DNA of 64,000 nt from Planctomycetota bacterium (GCA_038060895.1 JBBTCT010000031.1:1-64000), one strand, 5' to 3'; numbered from the stretch's first letter, positions 37,697 through 47,039 are shown. Numbers and translations are program-made. Notes: generated by a model not told the origin, from the letters alone.

Positions 37697-38323
37697 CTAT
37701 CGTTCCTCAAACGCCGCGCAGAGGATGTGGCCGATCGACTCGTGGCACTCCTGCACGATCGCGGTTTCCTTCGCCGGTACACGGAGGCAGATGTCCACCA
37801 GCTCGGAGAGCTCCCCGCCATCCTCGGCGGTGAGCCCGATGGTGCGCGCGCCGAGGGCGGAAGCCGTCCTCGCGGCGGCGAGCACGTTTTCAGAGTTGCC
37901 GGACGTCGAGATGCAGACCAGGACGTCCTTCGCCTTGACCAGCGCTTCGACCTGCCGGGAAAAAACACGGTCGTAGCCCAGGTCATTGGAAGCGGCCGTG
38001 AGCGTGGACGTATCCGTCGTGAGGGCAATCGCGGCGATGGCGGGGCGGTTGCGGACGTAGCGCACGACCAGCTCCGTCGCCCAGTGCTGCGCGTCGGCAG
38101 CGCTTCCGCCGTTGCCGCAGAAGAAGATGGTCGCGCCTTTGGCGGACGCTTCGCGCACGGTCGCAACAACGCGCGCGATCTCGTCGAGCATCGTGTTGAG
38201 AACCTCGGTCTTCGCGGCGATCGAGGCCTTGAGATGCGTCTCGGCGAGTTTCCGGACGCGGAGCATGCCGGGCGTGAGGAAGAGTGTCGTCGCGAGTTCG
38301 GGCTTGCGCGGAGGTTTCGGCAT
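37697..38323 (-). CDS. gmhA: Phosphoheptose isomerase
   Basis: CGNGGSAADAQH, ALTTDTS...NDLGY, STSGNSENV, VQECH. Confidence 0.95.
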   Translation of the reverse strand: MPKPPRKPELATTLFLTPGMLRVRKLAETHLKASIAAKTEVLNTMLDEIARVVATVREASAKGATIFFCGNGGSAADAQHWATELVVRYVRNRPAIAAIALTTDTSTLTAASNDLGYDRVFSRQVEALVKAKDVLVCISTSGNSENVLAAARTASALGARTIGLTAEDGGELSELVDICLRVPAKETAIVQECHESIGHILCAAFEER

Positions 38324-39789
38324 CAGGCCTTTCCCTTCTTGCGGATTCGCTTCACCAGATTTGTAGTCGAGACTCCTTCGGTCAACGGCGCCACGGTCAC
38401 GCGCCCGCCCCAGGCCTTCACGATGTCCGCACCGAACACCTCGGCGAGCTTGTAGTCCCCGCCCTTCACCAGGACGTTCGGCTTCAACTTCTTGAGCAGT
38501 TCGAGCGGCGTCGCGGCATCGAACACGATCACGTAGTCCACATCCTCGAGCGCCGCCAGAACCTGAGCGCGCTCGCCCTGCGGCACGATCGGGCGGTCTT
38601 TCCCCTTGAGCCGCTTCACGCTCGCGTCGCTGTTGATCGCGACGACCAGCACGTCGCCCTGCGCGCGGGCGAACCGAAGCGTCCGCAGGTGCCCGACGTG
38701 AAGCACGTCGAAGCAGCCGTTCGTGAAGGCGACGGTTTCCTGCCGGTCACGGTGCTCCTTCAGGCGCGGGAGGAGTTCGGAGACGGTGCGGATCTTCGCG
38801 GGGCGCAGCTCGTGCTCCTCCGCGAGGTCATCGAGGATTTCCTTTCGCGTCACGGTCGCGACGCCGACTTTCGTCACCGCGATCCCGCCGGCCGCGTTCG
38901 CGAGGCGGACGGCGTCGTCGGAGGAAGCGCCGCAGGCGAGAGCGAGGCCGAGCGCGGCGACCGACGTGTCCCCGGCGCCTGCAACGTCGTAGACCTGGCG
39001 CGGGCGGGCGTGGATGTGAAGGGGCGCGCGGCCGTGGCGGAAGAGCGACATCCCCTGGGCGCCGCGGGTGACGAGGATGAAGTCGCAGGCGAGGCCCTTG
39101 AGGAGCGTCACGGCAGCCGCGGCGATTTCCGCGTCCGTCGAGACGGGCAGGCCCGTCGCGATCGCGAGTTCCTTGAGGTTCGGGGCGATGGCGGAGCAGC
39201 CGCGGTACTTCGAGAAGTCAGCTCCCTTGGGGCCGACGAGGACCGGCTTTGCGTGCTTCTTCGCGGCGGCCATGACCGCTTCCAGCACTACGGACGTCAG
39301 CGCGCCCTTGTTGTAGTCGCTGAGGATCACGAGATCGGCCTTCGCGACCTGCTTGTCCAGTCGCTTCGCCAGCTCGCGCTCCGCTTCCTTCGCAATGGCG
39401 CTCGTCTTCTCGCGGTCGACGCGGAGCATCTGCTGCGCGCCGCCGATGCAGCGGGTCTTGATCGGCGTGGGTTTTGAGGAATCGGTGACGACCGCGGTCG
39501 TGTCGATCCCGTCCGCCTTCATGACCTCCAGGAGCCGCTTCCCCGCCGTGTCGTTGCCGACCGCGCCGGCGCACGCCGCCTCGGCGCCGAGCGCGACGAG
39601 ATTTTTCGCGACGTTGGCGGCGCCGCCGGGGCGTTCCTCCTCGCGCTGGACGTGCAGGATCGGAATCGGGCCTTCCGGCGAGATGCGCTCGACCTTGCCC
39701 CACAGGTAGCGATCGAGGAGAAGGTCGCCCGCGACGAGGATGCGGGGGCGGCCGAAGGAACGGAGAAGTTCGGTGTGGCGGGTGATCAT
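38323..39789 (-). CDS. hldE: Bifunctional heptose 7-phosphate kinase / heptose 1-phosphate adenylyltransferase
   Basis: RISPEGP, GGAANVA, SDYNKG, DVAGAGDT; FTNGCFDVLHVGH, LVKGGDY. Confidence 0.96.
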   Translation of the reverse strand: MITRHTELLRSFGRPRILVAGDLLLDRYLWGKVERISPEGPIPILHVQREEERPGGAANVAKNLVALGAEAACAGAVGNDTAGKRLLEVMKADGIDTTAVVTDSSKPTPIKTRCIGGAQQMLRVDREKTSAIAKEAERELAKRLDKQVAKADLVILSDYNKGALTSVVLEAVMAAAKKHAKPVLVGPKGADFSKYRGCSAIAPNLKELAIATGLPVSTDAEIAAAAVTLLKGLACDFILVTRGAQGMSLFRHGRAPLHIHARPRQVYDVAGAGDTSVAALGLALACGASSDDAVRLANAAGGIAVTKVGVATVTRKEILDDLAEEHELRPAKIRTVSELLPRLKEHRDRQETVAFTNGCFDVLHVGHLRTLRFARAQGDVLVVAINSDASVKRLKGKDRPIVPQGERAQVLAALEDVDYVIVFDAATPLELLKKLKPNVLVKGGDYKLAEVFGADIVKAWGGRVTVAPLTEGVSTTNLVKRIRKKGKA

Positions 39790-39853
39790 CGAGGCGCTAT
39801 GAAAGCGGAAGAGGTGGAGGTTGGCGAGGGGAAATCCCGGTTCGGAGTCTGGA

Positions 39854-39911
39854 GTTCCGGAAGTTGTGTTCCGGGATCCGGGTTCCGAGTTCCGGGTGGG
39901 GTTGGGTGTTG
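39854..39911. repeat. Dispersed 58 bp repeat, copy 2
   Basis: Near-identical to 14153-14210, same orientation. Confidence 0.85.
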
Positions 39912-39930
39912 AGCGTTGCGAGTTTCGCCG

Positions 39931-40689
39931 TCACGCATCGACCGCCTTGACTGCCGCCGCCAGGTGGCTCGGGTTCAGCGTCCCCAGCACAACAGCGTCC
40001 ACGAAAGGGCGGCTCGCGACGAAAGCGACGGCGGCTGCGGGGTCGGTCGCCCTTCCTTGCTCGATGGCCTTGATCGCCAGAACACCCAGCCCTGCCCGGT
40101 GCGCTCCCTCGAGTGCGGAACCGAGCGACTGGTCCGCCTGATTGAAGGGCGCCATGACGATGTCGAGGAGACCGATGCAGCCTCGGATGCCGGCGTCGGT
40201 CTTCGCCGAGAGGCCGACGGCGCGCGCCTGGCCGCGCTTCTTCGCGTCGATAAGCGTCGCGACCGCGTCGGTTTTCGTCAGGATCTCCTCGTCGCGGCCG
40301 TCGGAGTGCAGGAGCAGCAGGTCCACGTGGTCCGTCCCGAGGCGCTTCAGGCTCTGCGCGATCTGGTCCTCGAGCGGCGCGCGGCGGAAGTCCCACTTGG
40401 AAGATTGCTTGGCGAAGATCTCGCCGCACTTTGTCGCCAGGACAATCTCATTGCGGTGCGCCTTCACGAACGGCGCCAACCGGAGTTCGCTCGACCCGTA
40501 GGCCGGGGCGGTGTCGAACAAGTTCACGCCGAGCTCGAGCGCGCGAGCGAGGAGCGCCGCGACCTCGGCGTCGGTCGGCAGCTCGAATTCCTTCGGGTAC
40601 TTCACGTCGAAGTTGCGGCCAAGCTTCACCGTGCCCAGGCCGACGGGCGCGACGCGGAGGCCGGTTTTCCCTAGGGCGCGGGGAACCAC
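39931..40689 (-). CDS. Aldo/keto reductase
   Basis: RALGKTGL...GLGTVKLGR...DTAPAYGSSE, LATKCGE, SLKRLGTDHVDLLLLH. Confidence 0.9.
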   Translation of the reverse strand: MVPRALGKTGLRVAPVGLGTVKLGRNFDVKYPKEFELPTDAEVAALLARALELGVNLFDTAPAYGSSELRLAPFVKAHRNEIVLATKCGEIFAKQSSKWDFRRAPLEDQIAQSLKRLGTDHVDLLLLHSDGRDEEILTKTDAVATLIDAKKRGQARAVGLSAKTDAGIRGCIGLLDIVMAPFNQADQSLGSALEGAHRAGLGVLAIKAIEQGRATDPAAAVAFVASRPFVDAVVLGTLNPSHLAAAVKAVDA

Positions 40690-41852
40690 GGGGCCTCCTC
40701 CCACGGGGGTGTTGAAACGACGGGGACGGGACCGTCGGACAGCTGCGGGTCGAAGCGCCCCTGCGATTTCCCGAGCTGGGCGACGAGTTCGTCGGCGAGA
40801 AGCGGCGCGAGCGAGAGTTTCGTCGGCCAGGCGACGAGGATGTTGTCGCGCACCTTTTCCACGTGCACGCCGCTCGGCCGTCGCGCGCCGGCGGTCGCAG
40901 CCTCGGCACGGTCGACGGCGTAGGTGGCGATCTCGAGCCCTTTTGCGGGGAGCGCCGGGAAAAACCTCCGGATTTCGGCTGCGGCCTCCGCGCGGAACAC
41001 CTCGAGGTCCTTTCGTCCCGCCCCGCGCTCCGCGATCTCCCCGCCGACCTGCCATACCGCGCGTCCCGACTTGTCGCGCGCCGTCGTCACCGTAAGGTGT
41101 GTTTTCCCGCCGACCACGCAATGCGCCCAGATGTCCGGCAGGTCCCCGCGCAGCATCGCCATCGTCAGCGGCCGCCGCTGCATCCGCCCCGGGGCGTCCC
41201 CAAGCGCCGCGAGCAGGTCCTCGTTCCCGGCGCCCGCCGCCAGCACCATCGCCCCTGCTTTCACGGCGACGCCATCCAGAACCGCCTCTCCTCCACGGAA
41301 CTCCACCCGCTTCACCAGGCGGACATGCCCGCGGTTCCGCTTCGCGAGCGCCGCCAGCACGCTTGCGGTGTCGATCACCGGCTCGGCCATCGACCAGACT
41401 TTCAGCGCGGAGGCGCGAAGCGCCGCGGGCCACTCGGCTTCGGGCACCTCGACCGGCTTCGTCGCCAGCATCCCCGCGCCGACCACGATCGACATCAGCC
41501 CTTTCGCCGCGAGGTCCCCGAAGAAACCCGACCTCGGCACCCACAGCAGGCACTGCGGCGACACGATCCTGGCTTCGCGCAGATCCGGCTCGCCCTTCCC
41601 CTCGAAACACGCCCGCCAGCGCGCGGGCATCCCGGAGATCGCCTTCACGGCTTCGAGATCCCCGACTCCGCGCAGCGCGTACTTTCCTCCGCCGTGCACA
41701 ATCGCCTGCGAAGGGATCGTCTGCCCGCGCCCGAGCGCCGCGTTCTCCACGAGCAGCGCGCCGTGCCCAGCGCGCCGAAGCGCGTCAAGCGCCCACAACC
41801 CGGCGATGCCGCCGCCGAAGATCAGGACGTCGCATTCGCGCGTCGCGGTCAT
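40671..41852 (-). CDS. FAD-dependent oxidoreductase
   Basis: DVLIFGGGIAGLW, GQTIPSQAIVHGGGKY, AVDRAE, WPTKLSLAP. Confidence 0.88.
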   Translation of the reverse strand: MTATRECDVLIFGGGIAGLWALDALRRAGHGALLVENAALGRGQTIPSQAIVHGGGKYALRGVGDLEAVKAISGMPARWRACFEGKGEPDLREARIVSPQCLLWVPRSGFFGDLAAKGLMSIVVGAGMLATKPVEVPEAEWPAALRASALKVWSMAEPVIDTASVLAALAKRNRGHVRLVKRVEFRGGEAVLDGVAVKAGAMVLAAGAGNEDLLAALGDAPGRMQRRPLTMAMLRGDLPDIWAHCVVGGKTHLTVTTARDKSGRAVWQVGGEIAERGAGRKDLEVFRAEAAAEIRRFFPALPAKGLEIATYAVDRAEAATAGARRPSGVHVEKVRDNILVAWPTKLSLAPLLADELVAQLGKSQGRFDPQLSDGPVPVVSTPPWEEAPWFPAP

Positions 41853-42823
41853 GCGAGGCGGCTGACGAGGCGGAAGCGCGATTTGTCGCTGGGGCGCGGT
41901 TTGCGGAGGCCGACGCTGAGGGGAACCAGGCGCAGGCGGCCGGCGTGGAGCGACACCATGACGCCGGCCTTGCCGGCGAGGAGCGCGTCGGAGGCCGCGG
42001 CGCCGTACGTCGAAGCGAGGATGCGGTCGTTGGCGGTCGGGGCGCCGCCTCGCTGGATGTGGCCGAGCACGCAGGTGCGGACGTCGATTCCACGGATTGC
42101 CTTCAGGTGCTTCGCGATCTCGAACACGCCGCCGACTTCCTCGCCCTCGGCGACGACGACGATGAGCGAACTCTTTCCTGCGGCCCACCACGCCTGCACC
42201 TTCTTCAGAAGCGCCTTCAGCTCGAATTTCGCCTCCGGAATGAACACCGCTTCCGCCCCGCAGGCCAGCGCGGCATCGACGGCGATGTGGCCGTTTTCAC
42301 GGCCCATGACCTCGACCAGGAAGATGCGGCCGTGGGACGCCGCGGTGTCGCGGAGCTTGTCGATCGCGCCGATGGCCGTGTTGACGGCGGAGTCGAAGCC
42401 GATCGTGACGTCGGTCCCCGGGAGGTCGTTGTCGACCGTCGACGGGACGTGGACGACGCGGACCTTCTCCTCTTTCCAGAGCGCGAGCGCGCCGCGGACG
42501 CTTCCGTTGCCCCCGATCGTCACCAGCCCGCCGATGCCCGCCGCCTTGAGATTGGCCGCCGCCCTGGCCCTCCCCGACCGCTCGTACATTTCGGGACAGC
42601 GGCTGGACATGAGAATGGTCCCGCCCCTCTGGAGCGAATTCGAGACGAACCGCGAGTTCATGTCGACGAACTCCGCGGAGATCAGCCCGGCGTACCCGCG
42701 CCGCACGCCCGTCACCGCCACGCCGCGCGCCAGCGCCGACCGCGTCACAGCGCGGATCGCGGCATTCATTCCGGGAGCATCCCCGCCGCTCGTCAGGACC
42801 GCGATGCGCTTGAGGGGTGCGAT
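41849..42823 (-). CDS. pfkA: ATP-dependent 6-phosphofructokinase (probable ATC start)
   Basis: KRIAVLTSGGDAPGMNAAIR, GGTIL, TVDND, TIGFD, EVMGR, LGHIQRGG; GGAGG 7 nt upstream of ATC 42823. Confidence 0.93.
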   Translation of the reverse strand: MAPLKRIAVLTSGGDAPGMNAAIRAVTRSALARGVAVTGVRRGYAGLISAEFVDMNSRFVSNSLQRGGTILMSSRCPEMYERSGRARAAANLKAAGIGGLVTIGGNGSVRGALALWKEEKVRVVHVPSTVDNDLPGTDVTIGFDSAVNTAIGAIDKLRDTAASHGRIFLVEVMGRENGHIAVDAALACGAEAVFIPEAKFELKALLKKVQAWWAAGKSSLIVVVAEGEEVGGVFEIAKHLKAIRGIDVRTCVLGHIQRGGAPTANDRILASTYGAAASDALLAGKAGVMVSLHAGRLRLVPLSVGLRKPRPSDKSRFRLVSRLA

Positions 42824-42836
42824 GAAGATTCCTCCG

Positions 42837-44678
42837 CTACCGGTTCCGCTCGAGGAACGCCTTGATCTCGTCGTCGAACGAGCGGGGATCCTTGACCGGC
42901 GGCCCGCACGCTTCCGCGGCGCACGCGTACGCCGCCAGTTCCGGCGGATACTCGAGGTCCGCATGCTTCACATCCGCACCGTTCGACTCGAGCACTGTCA
43001 CCGTCTTCCACGGGTGCCAGAACCGGTCCGCGACCGCCACCAGCTTTGGCAATTCCGCCTTCGGCCCGACGAGGACCAGGTGAAGCGGGTACTTGCGCAG
43101 CTTCAGCACCGCGAGCGCGTACTCCGCGCTGTACGCCGGGTACAGCTTCGCTTCGCCGCCCGTCGCCTTCAGCGCGCCCTCGGCGAGCGTCTTCCACTTT
43201 GCATGTCCGGTCACATGGTGCAGTCGCACGAGAAACCCCGCCGCCCGGCCGTTGTCCGCGGACTTCTTGATGGTGAAGCGCAGGTGCCCGGGCGCGTTCG
43301 GATCCGGCGGACGGTCGAAGAAAGCGCCGTCACCGTCTGCGAGCTTCTCGACGCGCGCGGCGACGTCGTCCGCGCGCTTGACCCAGCTCCACTCCCCCGT
43401 CGCCTGGTGCGCGTCAAGGCAGGCCTCGCCGGCGAGCGCGAGGTCCCGAAGCATGTCGCGCCCCGCCCCCGCTCCATGGGCAAGCCCTTCGGCAGTCCAG
43501 CACTCCCGGAACACGCGGTCGAGCGCGGCAATCGCTTTCGTCCGCGATTCCCCATCGCCTGAAGCCGCCGCCCAGGCGAGCAGCGCGGACGCGGCCTGCG
43601 CGTTTGTGCCGGAGTAGAAGAACGTATCGACGTGCGGCCTGGCGCGCTTCCCGCGCCCCACCGCGTCGAGCACGAAGTAGTCGGGATCGGCATCCTGGCT
43701 CGCGCTCCATCCGCCCTCCTTCTGCGCCAGCGTCGTCCCGAGGTAGTCCGCGGTCCGGCTCGCCGCTTCGCCGAACTTCTCCTCCCCCGTGGCGCGCCAG
43801 ACCTGCGTCAGCGCCGACAGCATCGCCGCGTTCGTCTCGAGCAGTTTCTCGAAGTGAGGGTCGCTCCAGTCCGGCTTCATCGCGACGCGGTAGAACCCGT
43901 GATCCACCGGATCCTCGAGCTTCAGCGTCGCCTCCGCCCCCGCCTCCGCGCGCTCCAGCCACTTCTCTTCCCGAGAATCCCATCCTTTGCGGACGTACAG
44001 CTCGATGATCTGCGGGCTGGGAAAGCGCGTGTCGCCGGGCGACGCCCAGGCGCTGCCGTCCTGGGCCCAGGTCTTCTCGATCGCGGCCAGGATCGTTTCG
44101 ACCTCGCTGGCTTCCGCTGCCACGGCCGGCCCCGGAGTCGGCGGCCTGTAGGCGGCGCCCTTTCCGTTTTTCGCGAACGCCTCCGCCGCCTTCGTCGCGA
44201 TCTGGAGGAATTCCTCCGCGGGAACGATCCACGTCTTCGAAATGACCTCGCCTTCGGGCGAGCAGAACGCGGTCGTAGGCCACCCCTTCGACGACAGGTA
44301 CCGGTCCTTCACGTCCGGCATCCGGTCCGTGTCCACGCGGATGCACACGAATTTCTCATTGAGAAGTGAAATCACCTTCTCGTCGCTGAACGCGCCCTCG
44401 TCCATCTCGTGGCACTTCTGGCACCACGTCGCCGTCAGGCTGATCGCGACCGGCTTGCCGGCCTTCTTCGCTTCCGCGAACACCTCGGAAGACCACTTCT
44501 GCCACCGGATTTCCCGCGCGCGATTCGGCCGCGGCGAAAACGGGAACTCGTCCTTCGGCGGCTCCTTGGGTTCTTCGGCCGCCGATTCGATGACGAGCGT
44601 CCGAGGGTGAAGAAATTGCATCGCCGATACGAGAGCGGCGGCAACGATGGAGAGGGCGGCGGCGCGACGGAGAGTCAT
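42837..44678 (-). CDS. YyaL/DUF255 thioredoxin-like plus alpha/alpha barrel protein, exported
   Basis: WCQKCHEMD, IRVDTDRMPDV, GWP, PHFEKLL, ASQDAD, AYACAAEACGPP. Confidence 0.88.
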   Translation of the reverse strand: MTLRRAAALSIVAAALVSAMQFLHPRTLVIESAAEEPKEPPKDEFPFSPRPNRAREIRWQKWSSEVFAEAKKAGKPVAISLTATWCQKCHEMDEGAFSDEKVISLLNEKFVCIRVDTDRMPDVKDRYLSSKGWPTTAFCSPEGEVISKTWIVPAEEFLQIATKAAEAFAKNGKGAAYRPPTPGPAVAAEASEVETILAAIEKTWAQDGSAWASPGDTRFPSPQIIELYVRKGWDSREEKWLERAEAGAEATLKLEDPVDHGFYRVAMKPDWSDPHFEKLLETNAAMLSALTQVWRATGEEKFGEAASRTADYLGTTLAQKEGGWSASQDADPDYFVLDAVGRGKRARPHVDTFFYSGTNAQAASALLAWAAASGDGESRTKAIAALDRVFRECWTAEGLAHGAGAGRDMLRDLALAGEACLDAHQATGEWSWVKRADDVAARVEKLADGDGAFFDRPPDPNAPGHLRFTIKKSADNGRAAGFLVRLHHVTGHAKWKTLAEGALKATGGEAKLYPAYSAEYALAVLKLRKYPLHLVLVGPKAELPKLVAVADRFWHPWKTVTVLESNGADVKHADLEYPPELAAYACAAEACGPPVKDPRSFDDEIKAFLERNR

Positions 44679-44715
44679 GGGGGTGAGAATGGTCTAACAA
44701 AGGAAAGGGCCCGAC

Positions 44716-44806
44716 AAATCCCAAATCCCAACTCCAACCCCAAATCCCAAACAGCCGCCCGATTGAGCGGAGTTGGGATTTGGAGTTGGGGTTGGGATTT
44801 GGAGTT
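44716..44806. repeat. Fold-back of CCCAAAT/CCAACT units
   Basis: 44716-44752 is approximately the reverse complement of 44772-44806. Confidence 0.85.
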
Positions 44807-44828
44807 CGTCGTGGCCGTTTTCACCCGA

Positions 44829-46766
44829 CTAGACCTCAATCCCGTAATCCTTCAGCTTCTTGTCCAGCGTCGGCCGCGAAATCTGCAGAATCCTCGCCGC
44901 CTCGATCTTCTTTCCCTTCGCCTTCACGATCGCCCGCTGGATGCACGTCCTCTCGACCTCGCTCACGATCTCGCTCAGCGGCAGATCCTTGTCGATGAAG
45001 TTCGTCACCTCCGCCGCCATCCCCGTCCCCACGATCTTCGGCGGCAGGTCCTCCACGTCGATCACCGGCTTCTCGCACAGCACCGTCGCACGCTCGATCA
45101 CGTTGCGGATCTCGCGCACGTTTCCCGGCCACGCGTAGTTCAAGAGCACCTTCATCGCCTCTTCCGCCACCTTCATCGGCTGCGTGTTGCGCTGGAACCT
45201 CTTCAGGAAGTGCTGCACGAGCACCGCGATGTCCATACGGCGGTCGCGAAGCGGCGGCAGGTGGATCGGGACCACGGCGAGCCGGTAGTAGAGATCCTCG
45301 CGGAACTTCCCCTGGCTCACCATCTCCTCGAGGTTCCGGTTCGTCGCCGCGATGATCCGCACGTCCACCTTGATCAGCTTGACGCCGCCGACCCGCGTGA
45401 ACGTCCGCTCTTCCAGCACCCGCAGGAGCTTCTGCTGCGTCCCCGGGTCCATGTCGCCGATTTCGTCGAGGAAGAGCGTGCCGTGGTCGGCGAGTTCGAA
45501 CTTGCCGGGCTTCAGGCGGTCGGCGCCGGTGAACGCGCCCTTTTCGTGGCCGAAAAGCTCGCTCTCGAGCAGGTGTTCCGAGATCGCCGTGCAGTCCACC
45601 GGGATGAACGGCCGCGCGCGGCGGCGGGAAGCGAGGTGAATCGCGTGGGCGACCATCTCCTTGCCGGTCCCTGTCTCACCCGTTACCAGCGCCGTCGCGT
45701 CCGAGTCCGCCACCTTCTCCACGCGCCGCAGCACGTCGCGAATCGCCGGCGAATCGCCGATGATCGCCATCTCTTCCTGCACGCGCTTGCGAAGCACGTT
45801 CGCTTCGTCGCGCGCCGCGCCGTACTGCCGCGCGTTTTCGAGCGCGACAGCGGCCTGCCCGCTGACGTTGACGAGAAGCGCCAGGTCCTCTTCCGTGAAA
45901 CAGTTCATCTGGTTCTGGGTGTCGACGTACAAGACGCCCAGCAACCGCTCGCGCGAAATCAGCGGAGAACACAGGATCGACTTCACCCGGTCGAGCCGGA
46001 TCGAACGGCTGCTCATGAAGCGCGTGTCGGTGGACGCGTCCCCGGTCAGTACGGCGCGCCGGTCCTTGACGACCTGTTCCAGCACGCTCTTCGAGACGGT
46101 GATATCGCTTCCGCGGCGGTCGCGATACCTCACAGGGCCCGGGTGAAGGCCGCTGCCGTCCTCCGAGCAGAGGAAGATGGCGCCGCGTTCGGCTTTCAGC
46201 AGTTCCATGACGACTTCGATGATGCGGCCCAGCAGGACAGGCTCGTCGAGGACGGTCGTCGTGGCCCGCGTGATTTCATAAATCGCGCGCAGCCGCCGCG
46301 ACGCTTCGGCAGACTCGGAAGTCGTTTCCTTGCGGACGCGCGCGGTCTCCGCGGCTTTTTCGGTCTCGCGGATGATCGCCTCGACGTCGAGCATGGCCGT
46401 GACTTCACCGGAAGTGCGGCCTTCTTCCGATTCGCCCGCGACAAGGATGACGCCGCCGGAGTCCTCGCCGGGAAAGATTTCGAAGTCCGGCTCATAGACG
46501 AACACGGTCGAACCGAGCTGCAGCCGGTCGCCCGACTCGAGCTTCTTTTCAGTGCATGTCTGCCCGTTCACAAGCAGCCCGTTGCGGCTCCCGGCATCGC
46601 GCATGTACATCACGCCGTCGCGGTTCTCGAACTTCGCGTGCGTGCGCGAGACGTTCTTGTCGTCAACCTGGATGGTGCAGGACCGGGATCGCCCGATGGT
46701 GGCTTCATGCTCGATTTCGAAGTACGACCCTTTGCCGGGTCCCTGGACGATGGCGAGTCGGGCCAA
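44829..46766 (-). CDS. FHA-GAF-AAA+ sigma54-dependent transcriptional activator
   Basis: FHA (IGRS...VSRTHA...GSRNG), GAF (SILCSPL...GVLYVD), GETGTGKE, ESELFGHEKGAFTGA, WPGNVRE, Fis HTH; TTG with SD GGAGG. Confidence 0.94.
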   Translation of the reverse strand: MARLAIVQGPGKGSYFEIEHEATIGRSRSCTIQVDDKNVSRTHAKFENRDGVMYMRDAGSRNGLLVNGQTCTEKKLESGDRLQLGSTVFVYEPDFEIFPGEDSGGVILVAGESEEGRTSGEVTAMLDVEAIIRETEKAAETARVRKETTSESAEASRRLRAIYEITRATTTVLDEPVLLGRIIEVVMELLKAERGAIFLCSEDGSGLHPGPVRYRDRRGSDITVSKSVLEQVVKDRRAVLTGDASTDTRFMSSRSIRLDRVKSILCSPLISRERLLGVLYVDTQNQMNCFTEEDLALLVNVSGQAAVALENARQYGAARDEANVLRKRVQEEMAIIGDSPAIRDVLRRVEKVADSDATALVTGETGTGKEMVAHAIHLASRRRARPFIPVDCTAISEHLLESELFGHEKGAFTGADRLKPGKFELADHGTLFLDEIGDMDPGTQQKLLRVLEERTFTRVGGVKLIKVDVRIIAATNRNLEEMVSQGKFREDLYYRLAVVPIHLPPLRDRRMDIAVLVQHFLKRFQRNTQPMKVAEEAMKVLLNYAWPGNVREIRNVIERATVLCEKPVIDVEDLPPKIVGTGMAAEVTNFIDKDLPLSEIVSEVERTCIQRAIVKAKGKKIEAARILQISRPTLDKKLKDYGIEV

Positions 46767-46840
46767 GTGCTGCCTCCGTTGAGCGGATTGGGAGTGTCAA
46801 TAGTATTTACATGCCTGAAAGGCGCAACTGTTATTGGTAC

Positions 46841-47036
46841 AGGCTGGCGGAGGCGGATAGAGGCCCTTCGACTCGCTTCGCCCGCTCAGGTCAGGCTGGC
46901 GAAGGCTGAGTGAGTACAGCGCGTTGTGTTGAGCTGAGATGTCGCGAACCGTGTGCGCCGGCCCGCGATGTTCCCGTGCGCACGCATCATCCACCGCCCT
47001 TAGCCTCCGCCAGCCTCCGCCAGCCTCCGCCAGCCC
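46841..47036. repeat. Decamer (CAGCCTCCGC) fold-back with nested REP-like element
   Basis: AGGCTGGCGGAGGC at 46841 and AGGCTGGCGAAGGCT at 46893 versus three tandem units at 47001-47030; REP-like copy 46864-46885 lies between the left units. Confidence 0.75.
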
Positions 47037-47039
47037 GCG

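Noticed and set aside
40863-43562. 899 aa plus-strand ORF and similar long overlapping ORFs (24692-27322, 44409-46913, 57553-60078, 18119-20059)
   Set aside because: All lie antisense to well-supported genes and are Arg/Pro/Ala-rich without domains
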